A stretch of DNA of 64,000 nt from Chthoniobacteraceae bacterium (GTDB lineage Bacteria; Verrucomicrobiota; Verrucomicrobiia; Chthoniobacterales; Chthoniobacteraceae): positions 1 to 64,000 of the forward strand of contig JBBCKI010000070.1 in assembly GCA_037190965.1 (NCBI GenBank), read 5' to 3'. The notes beneath the pieces were generated by a model. That model was given only the letters and a program-made list of their open reading frames with translations. It ran no database searches and had not been told where the DNA came from. The stretch's first letter is position 1. Each line of letters opens with the position of its first letter. This document shows, in pieces, positions 19,743 through 29,483 of this stretch. The translations under genes and the position numbers were made by a program.

Positions 19743-20687
19743 TTACCTTCCTCTTTTTTGTACTAATTCTGTCGCGAGGTTGATCGCGGCGATCATGCTG
19801 TCGGGGCGGGCGATGCCGCGCCCGGCGATCTCGAAAGCCGTACCATGGTCGGGGCTGGTCCGCACGAACGGAAGACCGAGGGTGACGTTCACCCCTTCGT
19901 CAAATGCATGGAGCTTGAGCGGGATAAGCCCCTGATCGTGGTACATGCAGAGGACGCCGTCGAACTCGCCGGAGACGGCCCGGAAAAACAGGGTATCCGG
20001 CGAGATCGGCCCTTCAATGGCAGCTCGGCCCTCCCAGCGCGAGGCGAGGCGGATGGCGGCTGGCGTGATGACGTCGATCTCCTCGCGCCCGAGCGCGCCG
20101 GACTCCCCGGCGTGCGGGTTGAGCCCCGCGACGGCGATGCGAACCGGCCTCTCCCCGGCTCCCCGCCGCGTCAAAAGAAACTCCGCGAGCAACGCACCGA
20201 CCCGTTCGATCTCCGCCCCGGTCAACAGGGTCGCGACCTCCCGCAACGGAACGTGCGCAGTCACGAGAGCGACGGTCAACGCCCCACCGGTGAGCAGCAT
20301 GGCAAAATTGTCGACCCCGGCACGGGCCGCGAAAAACTCCGTCTGCCCCGGAAACCCGAAACCCACCGCCTGCGAGCGGGCCTTGTGGATCGGGCCGGTA
20401 ACAACGGCGGCAATCTCTCCTTCGAGCGCAAGCCGCGCGGAGGATTCCAGTGCCTCGACGGCAGCTCGGGCGCTTTCGGAGGTCGGCGCGCCCGGAACAA
20501 CGCTTTCAGCGCTCCCGATGACCCGGTATTCGAAACGAGGGTCCAGCTTTCCGGAAGCCAGCGCGGCGGCGACGACCTCCGGACCTACCCCTGCGGGATC
20601 GCCCAGAGTGATCCCGATAGTGCGAACTGACGATGTTGCGATCAGAAAATTTTCACGTAAGCCTTGCTGCGCAAGCCCTCGATCCAT
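19743..20687 (-). CDS. pdxA: 4-hydroxythreonine-4-phosphate dehydrogenase
   Basis: ITLGDPAGVGPE, GPIHK, GLNPHAGE, MYHDQGLIPLK and RTSPDHGTAF motifs; start codon uncertain. Confidence 0.93.
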   Translation of the reverse strand: MDRGLAQQGLRENFLIATSSVRTIGITLGDPAGVGPEVVAAALASGKLDPRFEYRVIGSAESVVPGAPTSESARAAVEALESSARLALEGEIAAVVTGPIHKARSQAVGFGFPGQTEFFAARAGVDNFAMLLTGGALTVALVTAHVPLREVATLLTGAEIERVGALLAEFLLTRRGAGERPVRIAVAGLNPHAGESGALGREEIDVITPAAIRLASRWEGRAAIEGPISPDTLFFRAVSGEFDGVLCMYHDQGLIPLKLHAFDEGVNVTLGLPFVRTSPDHGTAFEIAGRGIARPDSMIAAINLATELVQKRGR

Positions 20688-21589
20688 TTCTGTTGAGCGG
20701 CCTGGCGTTCCTCCTGGAGGACTTTCTTTGTCACGTCATCCCGAACTGCCGCAAACGGCTTGGTGTCTCCGTTTCTGCGGGCCTCCACATAAAGAAGGTA
20801 GTAATTGCCGCCCAGTTCAACCGGCTTGCTGACCTGCCCGGCCTTCAGGCCGAAGGCCACCTGGGTGAGCTTTTCGTTCAAGGTGGAACGCTCGATCCAG
20901 CCCCAGTCACCCCCGGAGTCCTTGGAGGAATCCTCCGAATACATCTGCGCCATCTTGGCGAAGTCCGTGCCTCCCACGATCTTGGTCCGCAACTCGCCCG
21001 CGATGTTCTTCGCGTCCGGGTTGTCGCTGCGCAGGACGATCATCCGCAGCTTGACCTCCTCGGGCGTGGTGTACTGGCTCCGGTTGGCCGTGTAATATTT
21101 TTCCAGCTTGGAAGGGGAAATCAACGGACTGCTCTTAACTGCCCGCCCGCGCATCGCCTGGACGATCATTTTGTCCGTCTCGATCTTGCGGAAACGCTGG
21201 ATGGTGTATCCCTGAGCCTGGAGGGTGCGGATAAACGCCTGCCGGTCCCCATTGAATTGCTCCCGGATGATCGTGTTGACGTGGTCGTCGATGATGTAGT
21301 CCGGAATTGAAAATTTGTTCTTCGCGAACTCCTGCAAGACCAATTGGCGGTCGACCAATTCCTGAATGGCGGCGAGGCGCAATTCCTTCACCTTGTCGAC
21401 AAGTTCCTGCCCCCTGAGGGCTTCACGAAGGCTTTGCTCGCGCATGGCGACGAGTTCCCGAACCTGGGAAAACGTAACCACGTCGTTATTGACGACAGCA
21501 GCAATCCCATCGAGCACTTCTTCGGCTGCGGAAGCCGAGATGGCAAACAGGGCGGCGAAGGTGGCGGTGACCAGTGAACGCGAAAACAT
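20642..21589 (-). CDS. surA: SurA-like peptidyl-prolyl cis-trans isomerase (parvulin)
   Basis: Signal peptide, DGIAAVVNNDVVT, FAKMAQMYSEDSSKDSGGDWGW and LKAGQVSKP; upstream of pdxA as in the conserved surA-pdxA order. Confidence 0.8.
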   Translation of the reverse strand: MFSRSLVTATFAALFAISASAAEEVLDGIAAVVNNDVVTFSQVRELVAMREQSLREALRGQELVDKVKELRLAAIQELVDRQLVLQEFAKNKFSIPDYIIDDHVNTIIREQFNGDRQAFIRTLQAQGYTIQRFRKIETDKMIVQAMRGRAVKSSPLISPSKLEKYYTANRSQYTTPEEVKLRMIVLRSDNPDAKNIAGELRTKIVGGTDFAKMAQMYSEDSSKDSGGDWGWIERSTLNEKLTQVAFGLKAGQVSKPVELGGNYYLLYVEARRNGDTKPFAAVRDDVTKKVLQEERQAAQQKWIEGLRSKAYVKIF

Positions 21590-21708
21590 GGTGTTTAAAA
21601 AACAGGGCAACCGTAAGTCCGCGCCGGATGAAGTCAACAGCAAAGCAAGGGGACGGATTCCTCGACTCCAAGCTGGCACCCGGGCGGCGAGGCCTTTATG
21701 TTCCCCCA

Positions 21709-22653
21709 ATGCAGTTCAAGGACTACTACAGGATTCTCGGAGTCCCAAAAACGGCCAGCCAAAGCGAAATCAAGAGCGCCTTTCGCAAGCTGGCTCGTAC
21801 GCATCACCCCGACGTCGTCAAGCCGAAGGAGCGGGCGGAAGCGGAGACCCGTTTCAAGGAGATCAACGAGGCCTACGAAGTCTTGGGCGACGCCGAAAAG
21901 CGGCGCAAGTATGATACGCTGGGAGCCGACTGGGATCGGGCAGCCCCGCAACCGCCACCAGGGTGGCATCAGGGCGCGGGCCAACGGACGGCCGGGCCGG
22001 GAGCAGGAGGAGCCGAGGATTTTGAGTTCAACTTCGGCGGTACCGGCTTCAGCGACTTTTTCGAGGCCTTTTTCGGCTCCGGAGGTCGGCGAGCCAATCC
22101 GTTCGCCAGTGGCCGCGCGGCAGGCACACAGCGGGGCGTCGATGTCGAGGCCGACCTGATGGTGCCTTTGGAAGAGGCTCTGCACGGCGCACGGCGCAAG
22201 ATCTCCTTCCAACGCAGGGGCGGAGAGATCCAGAGTTATGAAATCACGATTCCCCCTGGCGTCCGCGAAGGGCAACGCATCCGCCTGGGAGGCCAGGGTG
22301 AAGCGGGAGCCCACGGCGGCGAAGCGGGCGATCTCTATCTCAACGTCCGGCTGGCTCCCCACCCCGATTTCCGCCTCGAAGGGGCCGATCTTATTTACGA
22401 TCTCGAAGCGCTGCCGTGGACGGCCGTACTCGGCGGTTCGGTGACGGTTCCCACGATGGAAGGGAACGCAAAGCTCAAAATTCCCGCGGGCAGCCAACCC
22501 GGACAGCGGTTCAGGCTCAAAAGCCGGGGAATGCCCCGGAAGGGAGGCGAGCGAGGCGATCTTTACGTCGTGCTCGGTATCGAAATCCCGCGCGATCTGA
22601 CGGCGGAGCAGCGGGAGTTGTGGGAGAAGCTGGCGAAGACAGGAACCGCATGA
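21709..22653 (+). CDS. cbpA: DnaJ-class chaperone without zinc finger (CbpA-like)
   Basis: FKDYYRILGV, HPD motif, FKEINEAYEVL, GFSDFFEAFFG and a DnaJ C-terminal domain; no CxxCxGxG repeats. Confidence 0.85.
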   Translation: MQFKDYYRILGVPKTASQSEIKSAFRKLARTHHPDVVKPKERAEAETRFKEINEAYEVLGDAEKRRKYDTLGADWDRAAPQPPPGWHQGAGQRTAGPGAGGAEDFEFNFGGTGFSDFFEAFFGSGGRRANPFASGRAAGTQRGVDVEADLMVPLEEALHGARRKISFQRRGGEIQSYEITIPPGVREGQRIRLGGQGEAGAHGGEAGDLYLNVRLAPHPDFRLEGADLIYDLEALPWTAVLGGSVTVPTMEGNAKLKIPAGSQPGQRFRLKSRGMPRKGGERGDLYVVLGIEIPRDLTAEQRELWEKLAKTGTA

Positions 22654-22690
22654 GGACAGGTAAGCGTACTCCCGAACCCCTCCTCTGCCA

Positions 22691-23500
22691 ATGCCCTGGA
22701 CCTTCAGCCATCCACTGGCCGTTCTTCCGATTCATCGCTTGTTCCGGGCGCGCCTCAACTTCGCGGCCTTGGTGATCGGCAGCCTTTCCCCGGATTTTGC
22801 CTACTATGTCAGGCAGTTTCCAGTGGCCGGGTTCGCCCATACTCTCCCTGGAACGTTGATCGTTTGCCTTCCCACAGGATTGATGGCTCTCGCTATCTTC
22901 TACGCCTTGCGGCGGCCCTTGTGTTTTATCCTCCCCCAGCCCCACAGGGCCGCTCTCATGCCACTGACAGTTACTCCGCCCCGTTTCAACCTTCGAAACT
23001 TTGGGATCGCGGCGGTGTCGGTATTGCTTGGCGCATGGACCCATGCTTTCTGGGATTCGTTCACGCATCGCGGCGCATGGGCTGTGGAACGGTTTCCTGT
23101 GCTCAATGCGCCGTTCGCTCGCATCGGCGTCAGCGAGCTTCCCCTATCTTACTTTCTGCAACAATTGAGCACGTTCGGAGCGGGCGCGGCGCTGGCAACC
23201 CTGTATTTTCTCTGGCTTCGAAGGCAAAGGGCAGCCGCGACTCCCACGCGGGATTCATTGTCCGACCGTTCGCGCTATCTCCTGATTGGCACACTCGGAG
23301 TCATTGCTTTCGCTCTGGCTGCACCTTCCGCCCTCGGGATGGCCTCTCAATATGGAGGCTATCTTGCGTTTCGCGTGTTTCTCTTTCGCATCGGCGTTTA
23401 CGCCACCGCAGCGTTCATTCCATTGCTAATGGTTTGCTCCGTCGTCCTCTATTCAAGATCCAGGTCTGCACCGGCAAACGAAGATTCGCAACAGTGCTGA
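22691..23500 (+). CDS. DUF4184 family membrane protein
   Basis: MPWTFSHPLAVLP, ALVIGSLSPDF, THAFWDSFTH and LQQLST motifs. Confidence 0.82.
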   Translation: MPWTFSHPLAVLPIHRLFRARLNFAALVIGSLSPDFAYYVRQFPVAGFAHTLPGTLIVCLPTGLMALAIFYALRRPLCFILPQPHRAALMPLTVTPPRFNLRNFGIAAVSVLLGAWTHAFWDSFTHRGAWAVERFPVLNAPFARIGVSELPLSYFLQQLSTFGAGAALATLYFLWLRRQRAAATPTRDSLSDRSRYLLIGTLGVIAFALAAPSALGMASQYGGYLAFRVFLFRIGVYATAAFIPLLMVCSVVLYSRSRSAPANEDSQQC

Positions 23501-23522
23501 TTCATTGGGTTGATCTGCGATT

Positions 23523-23948
23523 TCACTTGCCGGAGATTTCATAGGCGAAGTCTCCGTGGTCCGTGGAGATGAAGACCTGGCTCACGGGTTTTCCATAACA
23601 AAGCGCACGGACCGCATCCGGAGCTGCCGGAGCGTCGGTGATGGTGATGAATGAATCCCCATACTCCCGTAGACAACGCGGAAAACCTTGCTGCAGGTAC
23701 GCTCTCCCCGTTGTCTCGCGTGGCGCACAGAGCGAGGAGGTAAACTCGCCATTGATCAAGACGCTCGTCACCGCGATGGGGTGCCGCGCCAAAGAAGTGA
23801 TCTGCACGCCGCCAATGACCCCATAATCGAGGTACTCGATGGCCAGAATCTCGCCGTCTCCTTTGCGATTCGCGGAGTGGCGCGCGGGAACAAAGAGAGA
23901 CACCGCCAATGCGGTCGCCGTAGGAAGATAATACGTCGTTCTTGCCAT
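23523..23948 (-). CDS. hypothetical protein
   Basis: 141-aa ATG ORF filling the gap; no family recognised. Confidence 0.5.
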   Translation of the reverse strand: MARTTYYLPTATALAVSLFVPARHSANRKGDGEILAIEYLDYGVIGGVQITSLARHPIAVTSVLINGEFTSSLCAPRETTGRAYLQQGFPRCLREYGDSFITITDAPAAPDAVRALCYGKPVSQVFISTDHGDFAYEISGK

Positions 23949-23965
23949 TTTTAGGGACCTTGTCC

Positions 23966-24123
23966 CGTAGGCATTAAGGCGCGGCCCGAACCGCGCTTGG
24001 TCCCAAAGGCCGTAGGAAGCCTGACACCCAAAGCACGGTCAGACCGCGCCGATCCACGGCGCGATCAGCAAATGCTGGGTGTCAAAAAGTTCCTACGTTT
24101 TTGGGACTCCCAATCTGCCTACG
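23966..24123. ncRNA. putative structured non-coding element (nested rod-like hairpin)
   Basis: Four nested 8-10 bp inverted repeats plus side and apical hairpins, all visible in the sequence. Confidence 0.5.
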
Positions 24124-24396
24124 CAGCTAATTTATAACGTTGTCGGCCGACTATTCCCGGCGGGTCGAACGACGTCAATATTTTCGTGTTTGACGGGAAA
24201 ATCTGCCGTAAGCGTGCGCGATAACAGATGGCGCGAGCGGTCTACCGCGCTCTTCATCGCCCGCCCATCCAACGCCGATCGCCCCGATCCATTGCCGTTT
24301 TCAGGCACAAAGAACTCAGGGAAACAACGATCCCGCATCCGAGCCCGTAAACGGGATTGTCTCCGGGCGAATTCTCGGCGAAGCTCCACGGCTAAT

Positions 24397-25407
24397 ATGA
24401 GCAAAACAAGGTCTGGATGTCTCTGGGGCGTTCTGGGTGTCGTGCTTCTTTTCAGTCTTCTCCTGAATCTGGCGCTGGTCGCGGGACGGACGAAAAGCGT
24501 AAGTGCAAATCTCGGCACGACCGCCAAACCGATCGAACGCCTTCAGGAACAGGTACTGGTCAAAGGCTCGCAGGCCGGGCGCATTGTCCAGATTCCCCTG
24601 CGTGGGTTGATCAGCTCCAGCATCGCGGGGCGCATGGGCGATTCGATGGTTACGGACCTCAAGATCCAGCTTCACCAGGCCGCCAACGACCCCGAGATCA
24701 AGGCGATCGTGCTGGCCATCGACTCCCCCGGGGGCGAAGTGACCGCGTCCGACATCATCTACAATGCCATTCGCAGGGCGCGGGAGAAGAAACCTGTGGT
24801 GGTTTCGATGGGGTCCATGGCCGCTTCGGGCGGATACTACGCCGCGTGCGGCGGGAGCTACCTGATCGCCAATGACACGACATTTACCGGCTCCATCGGC
24901 GTCATCATCCAGTCGTTCCGCTACAATGATCTGCTCAATAAAATCGGCGTCGAGCCCCTGACCTTCAAGAGCGGGGCGTTCAAGGACATGCTCAGCGGCA
25001 CCCGCGAGATGACCCCTGCCGAGAGGGAATACATTCAGGCGCTGGTCATGCAGACGTACGGCCGGTTTGTCGGTATTGTCGCGAAGGAACGAAAGATCCC
25101 CGAAGCGGAACTTCGCGCCGGGGTGGCGGACGGCCGCGTCGTGACTGGTCAGGACGCGCTGGCGGCCAAGCTCGTCGACGCGCTGGGCGAGATCGACGAC
25201 GCCTACGCGAAGGCCCGCGAGCTGGGCGGAGTCCCCGACGCTGCCGTGGTTGTTTACGAGGAGCCGTTCCGCCTGGGGCGCCTCTTCAGATTCTTCGGTG
25301 CCGAAGCGAGCCAGAGCGGGAAGGTGGAGCTCAATATTTCCGCCATGCCGCTTCTCCAGCTCGAACCGGGACGGGCCTATCTGCTCCCCAGCATTTGTGT
25401 GCCGTGA
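24397..25407 (+). CDS. sppA: signal peptide peptidase SppA (S49)
   Basis: IDSPGGEV, SMGSMAASGGYY, TGSIGV, FKSGAFKD and DGRV motifs; start moved to MSKTRSG. Confidence 0.92.
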   Translation: MSKTRSGCLWGVLGVVLLFSLLLNLALVAGRTKSVSANLGTTAKPIERLQEQVLVKGSQAGRIVQIPLRGLISSSIAGRMGDSMVTDLKIQLHQAANDPEIKAIVLAIDSPGGEVTASDIIYNAIRRAREKKPVVVSMGSMAASGGYYAACGGSYLIANDTTFTGSIGVIIQSFRYNDLLNKIGVEPLTFKSGAFKDMLSGTREMTPAEREYIQALVMQTYGRFVGIVAKERKIPEAELRAGVADGRVVTGQDALAAKLVDALGEIDDAYAKARELGGVPDAAVVVYEEPFRLGRLFRFFGAEASQSGKVELNISAMPLLQLEPGRAYLLPSICVP

Positions 25408-25480
25408 GGGGACTTTCGAAAGCAGCCATGCCCCCCGCCACTGAAACCGTCCTCAGGTCGGGAGCCTCTTTTCTCGTCCT

Positions 25481-26323
25481 ATGACACCGGTTGAAGACGG
25501 TCCCTGGGCACTCCCCCTGGCGGGAACGGCAGTCGTGGTGGCGTTCCTTTTGGCGATCCTCGTCGTCTGCCTCCGGGTTTTCGGGCGGTTGACGGCGCGG
25601 GTTCTCAAGGGGCAGGGCAAGGTCTGGAGCGAACCCCTGGGCCTCCCCGATCTCCTGGTCGTCGGTGTGCTTTCGACCTGGTTTGCGGTCCTCGCCGTGG
25701 CCGGTTTTGCCCATGGGGGAGAGGAGGCAGGCCCGATGTCCAGCGGAGACATCCTGCAGGGGGCGCTGCTCTTTGCCGTCATGGTGGGAGGCATTACGCT
25801 CTTCCTGCGATCACGGGAGATCTCCGTCTTCCACCTTTTCGGATTTGGCAAACTGCCGCCCCTGAAAGCACTGGGGACAGCCGCGCTTCTTTTCGCGGCC
25901 GCCTACCCGATCGTCCGGGTTTGCACGATCCTGACCGCGCAATGGCTTGGAGAACGGGCGGAATCTCAAAAGATCATCGAGTTCTTCATTAATTCCGTCG
26001 CGCAGTCGAACCCTTGGCAGATCGCCGCCACGGCGGCGGCGGGGATTCTGATCGCCCCGGCGACGGAGGAATTCCTGTTCCGTGGCTACATCTACGGGAC
26101 GGTCCGACGGTACCTTGGCCCGATTGCGGCGATTTTGCTCAGCTCCGCGCTGTTCGCCCTCATCCATATGAACCTCCTTTCGCTCCCGTCCCTGTTCGTT
26201 CTGGCGATCTGCTTCGCGCTCGCCTATGAGGCCACGGGAAGCCTGCTGGTGCCGATGGCGATGCACGCCTTTTTCAACGCGCTCAACCTGGGCGAAATCT
26301 TTTTCCACGCCTCGCGGCAATGA
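25481..26323 (+). CDS. CPBP (CAAX protease/Abi) family intramembrane metalloprotease
   Basis: APATEEFLFRG, FALIH and MHAFFN motifs; multiple TMs. Confidence 0.9.
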   Translation: MTPVEDGPWALPLAGTAVVVAFLLAILVVCLRVFGRLTARVLKGQGKVWSEPLGLPDLLVVGVLSTWFAVLAVAGFAHGGEEAGPMSSGDILQGALLFAVMVGGITLFLRSREISVFHLFGFGKLPPLKALGTAALLFAAAYPIVRVCTILTAQWLGERAESQKIIEFFINSVAQSNPWQIAATAAAGILIAPATEEFLFRGYIYGTVRRYLGPIAAILLSSALFALIHMNLLSLPSLFVLAICFALAYEATGSLLVPMAMHAFFNALNLGEIFFHASRQ

Positions 26324-27285
26324 CAACGCGGCTCTCGGATCTTGGGGAAGACCGGCTCGTGGCCCGGCTCACACGAGGCCTCCCCGCTCATCCGGGGCTG
26401 CGGCTCGGGCCGGGGGACGATTGCGCGGTGGCGGCGCGCCCCGGTGAGGCGGTCTGGACGCTGCTCAAGACCGACTGCGTGATTGAGGGGGTGCATTTCA
26501 CCCCCGACACCGACTTCCGCCGGGTGGGCTGGAAGGCATTGGCCCGGGCCGTGAGCGACATCGCCGCCATGGGGGGTGAACCGGAGCACGCGCTCATCAC
26601 CGTGGCGTTCCCTCCGACGCTGGAGGTGGCCAAGGCGGACGCCCTTTATGCGGGGCTGCGCCGTTGCGCGCGGAAGTTCGGGATCTCCATCGCGGGTGGC
26701 GAAACGGCGCGGGTTCCCAGCGTGGGAAAGCCTCCGCAACCGGGACCGATTTTCATTTCCGTCACGTTGACCGGGCGAGTGGAGAAAGACCGCTACGTCA
26801 CGCGCTCCGGCGGCCGCCCCGGGGATATCCTTTTCGTCACGGGTCGCCTCGGCGGTTCGCTGGCAGGCAAACATCTCGATTTCATGCCGCGCCTGGCAGA
26901 AGCGCGCTGGCTGACCGCCCATTTCCGTCCCCATGCCATGATGGACCTCAGCGACGGCCTCGGGGCCGACCTCCCGCGTCTGGCGCGCGCCAGCGGCTGC
27001 GGGTTCGAACTGGGCGAGTTGCCACACACGCCGGGCTGCACCCGCGAGCAGGCGCTGGCCGATGGCGAAGATTTCGAACTCCTCTTCGCGCTCGCCCCAC
27101 GGCAGGCAGCCAAACTGGAGGCGGCATGGCCTTTCCCGAAATTGCCATTGACGCGGATTGGGCATTTGAGCGCAAATCGGCGCGCCCGGACCCACAGGAC
27201 CAAGACCAAGACCAAAGGAGCCGAGCCCGCCCAACCCACCGTTCATGGCTTCGATCATTTCGCATCACCCGCAGGAAACCTTTGA
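26320..27285 (+). CDS. thiL: thiamine-monophosphate kinase
   Basis: [30 protein letters not shown] and GEDFELLF motifs. Confidence 0.93.
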   Translation: MTTRLSDLGEDRLVARLTRGLPAHPGLRLGPGDDCAVAARPGEAVWTLLKTDCVIEGVHFTPDTDFRRVGWKALARAVSDIAAMGGEPEHALITVAFPPTLEVAKADALYAGLRRCARKFGISIAGGETARVPSVGKPPQPGPIFISVTLTGRVEKDRYVTRSGGRPGDILFVTGRLGGSLAGKHLDFMPRLAEARWLTAHFRPHAMMDLSDGLGADLPRLARASGCGFELGELPHTPGCTREQALADGEDFELLFALAPRQAAKLEAAWPFPKLPLTRIGHLSANRRARTHRTKTKTKGAEPAQPTVHGFDHFASPAGNL

Positions 27286-27655
27286 AATCGGCCGCCGCCT
27301 CGCGGCGGAGTTGCACCGGGGGGATGTGCTCGCGCTGGCGGGGGACCTCGGCGCGGGGAAGACGCATTTCACCAAGGGGATCGCCGCCGGGCTGGGGATC
27401 GATGCCGGCGTGACCAGCCCCACCTTCACCCTGATCCACGAATACCCGGGCGGACGACTGCCTCTCTATCATATCGATCTCTACCGGCTCGAAGCCGCCG
27501 GGGAGGCATTGGACATGGGGATCGACGACTATCTCGGGGGCGACGGCGTAACGGTCGTGGAATGGGCTGATAAATTTGCGGAGCTGCTACCGCGCAATGC
27601 CCGCTGGATCCAATTCCGTGTGCTGGAGGGCGACGACCGGGAGATCGAACTATGA
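27245..27655 (+). CDS. tsaE: tRNA threonylcarbamoyladenosine biosynthesis ATPase
   Basis: [23 protein letters not shown] and VVEW motifs. Confidence 0.95.
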   Translation: MASIISHHPQETFEIGRRLAAELHRGDVLALAGDLGAGKTHFTKGIAAGLGIDAGVTSPTFTLIHEYPGGRLPLYHIDLYRLEAAGEALDMGIDDYLGGDGVTVVEWADKFAELLPRNARWIQFRVLEGDDREIEL

Positions 27656-28293
27656 GCGTGCTTCTTGCCATCGAAACCTCCACCTCGCAGGGGAGCGTCG
27701 CGCTTCTCGAGACGACGCAGCCCGCGTCGCCACGCATCCTCTTCTCGGAAGACTTCGCAGCCGGGCGCAGCCACAGTTCACAGCTTTTCGCGGTGCTCGA
27801 ACGAGCCTTGGATGCCGTGCCTGAGGGCGATGACCTTCACGAGATTTCCGTCGGGCTCGGGCCCGGCTCCTACGCCGGGGTACGCATCGCCATTTCCGCC
27901 GCCACCGGGCTGGCGCTGGCCCGCGACGCGCGGCTGACGGGGCTCCCATCCATTGTCGCGCTCGACGAAGGCGATTACATCGCCATTGGCGACGCCCGGC
28001 GCGAAACCTTCTATTTCGCCGTCGTGCGAGGAGGAGAGTGTGTGGCAGGCCCCTCGTTGGTATCCGCCGCCGATCTCCCCGGCAGGATCGACGCCGCAGG
28101 GGGGTTGCCCATTTTCGCCGCGGAGCTTTCTCCCTCCTTTGAGGGCCTGGGTCTGGCAGCTAGCGTGGAGTTGCGCCACCCCTGCGCGCAACGGCTGGCG
28201 CGTCTTGCCGTCGCCGGAAAAGCCGTCATCGCGCGGGATCTTCTGGAGCCGATTTACCTGCGCGATCCGCACATCACCCAGCCGAAGGCGTAG
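27652..28293 (+). CDS. tsaB: tRNA threonylcarbamoyladenosine biosynthesis protein TsaB
   Basis: LAIETS, GLGPGSYAGVRI, DARR and LEPIYLR motifs. Confidence 0.93.
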   Translation: MSVLLAIETSTSQGSVALLETTQPASPRILFSEDFAAGRSHSSQLFAVLERALDAVPEGDDLHEISVGLGPGSYAGVRIAISAATGLALARDARLTGLPSIVALDEGDYIAIGDARRETFYFAVVRGGECVAGPSLVSAADLPGRIDAAGGLPIFAAELSPSFEGLGLAASVELRHPCAQRLARLAVAGKAVIARDLLEPIYLRDPHITQPKA

Positions 28294-28302
28294 CCCCCCG
28301 TC

Positions 28303-28467
28303 GGTGCGGCAGCACCGGTAGCCCGCTCACGCCGCGAGCGCGGGCATCGGCTTCCGTGCCTCCCTGAAGGACACACCCAATCCTACAGACTCACAGTCTG
28401 TCCGGCGGGGATCAGTGTCAAACGCGTCTCCTTGCCTGGTCCCGCGCTCTCGGCGAGAGCGGGCTAT
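28303..28467. repeat. REP doublet (REPIN-like) element, copy 2
   Basis: GGTGCGGCAGCACC-G-GTAGCCCGCTCACG...CGAGAGCGGGCTAT. Confidence 0.85.
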
Positions 28468-28519
28468 CCTTTTCCATACAACCCGAAACCCCCTTTCGTG
28501 CTTGCAACGCGTTTCTGAA

Positions 28520-28548
28520 TTGGCGGGCACCCCGGCGGACGGTACACT
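28520..28548 (+). promoter_or_regulatory. sigma70 promoter (leaderless geometry)
   Basis: TTGGCG-17 nt-TACACT, then 7 nt, then ATG 28556. Confidence 0.55.
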
Positions 28549-28555
28549 CCGGCTC

Positions 28556-28903
28556 ATGAGCGAGCTTTCCACTGAGCAGGTCACTCCGTTCGAGTTCCAC
28601 ACCGCGTCGTTGGCGACGGACGCCTCGGCCAATCCGTTCAAGCTGGTGGTTGATCCCGTCATGCGGGTAAAACTCCGCAAGGCGCTCTTTGAACTGATCG
28701 AGAACCACGACACCCAGCTCGCCGAATACGTGGCCAACGGCCAGCTCTCGCTGGATTCGTACAAGGAATACATCGAGATCTTCGCCCGCAGCCTGCGCGA
28801 CAGCATGGCGACCACCGAGGGGGTCAACTACCTGCTGGAATCGTGCGGGTTCCGGGTCGAGCCCGATCAAATCAATCTCCACCCGGAAACCCGCTGGAAA
28901 TAA
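28556..28903 (+). CDS. hypothetical protein (115 aa)
   Basis: ATG start (MSELSTEQ) with strongly GC3-biased codons; the upstream extension in the ORF track runs through the repeat and is rejected. Confidence 0.75.
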   Translation: MSELSTEQVTPFEFHTASLATDASANPFKLVVDPVMRVKLRKALFELIENHDTQLAEYVANGQLSLDSYKEYIEIFARSLRDSMATTEGVNYLLESCGFRVEPDQINLHPETRWK

Positions 28904-28953
28904 GCGGTTTTTCTGGGTTGCAGTTCAGTCCCAAGAGTCGGAAAATTATTCTT

Positions 28954-29475
28954 ATGTTAACCAGCCAACGGATCATCGACGCAATCAACGAGCAAATCGG
29001 CAACGAATTCTCGGCCATGCTCCAGTACACGGCCATCGCCGCGCATTTCGACAGTGAGACGCTGCCGGAACTCGCCGCCCATTTCCGGGCGCAGGCTGAA
29101 GAGGAGAAGGAGCACGCGCACCGCTTCATTAAGTACGTGATCGATACCGGGGCCAAGGTGGAGATCCCGGCGATCCCGGCTCCCACCAATCATTTCCAGT
29201 TCGCCGAAGAAGCTGTCAAACTTTCGCTGGAACAGGAGAAAACCGTGACCGCACAGGTCAACCGGCTCGTCCAAATTGCCAAGGAAGAGAATGACTACAC
29301 CTCGGACACGTTCCTGCAATGGTTCGTGACCGAACAGCTTGAAGAGGTTTCCTCCATGGAAGATCTTCTTCGCGTCGTTCAACGCGCCGGAGAAGCCAAC
29401 CTGCTCCGCGTGGAAGATTACCTCGTCCGCAAGACCAGTACCACCCGAGGCTTCGGTGCCAATTCCGAAGCCTGA
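28954..29475 (+). CDS. non-heme ferritin
   Basis: INEQIGNEFSAMLQY, QAEEEKEHA, EQEKTVT and FLQWFVTEQLEE ferroxidase motifs. Confidence 0.92.
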   Translation: MLTSQRIIDAINEQIGNEFSAMLQYTAIAAHFDSETLPELAAHFRAQAEEEKEHAHRFIKYVIDTGAKVEIPAIPAPTNHFQFAEEAVKLSLEQEKTVTAQVNRLVQIAKEENDYTSDTFLQWFVTEQLEEVSSMEDLLRVVQRAGEANLLRVEDYLVRKTSTTRGFGANSEA

Positions 29476-29483
29476 GCCTTATT

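Noticed and set aside
23966..24123. 6S RNA identity for the nested hairpin
   Set aside because: The outer closing stem is only 8 bp and there is no large two-sided central bubble; cannot be assigned without a covariance-model search.
24079..24396. N-terminal extension of sppA and a possible 40-codon ORF near 24228
   Set aside because: No supporting motif or codon bias; the SppA TM anchor begins after ATG 24397.
27198..27215. GACCAA x3 tandem repeat in thiL as a phase-variation tract
   Set aside because: In-frame hexamer with only three units in a variable C-terminal linker.
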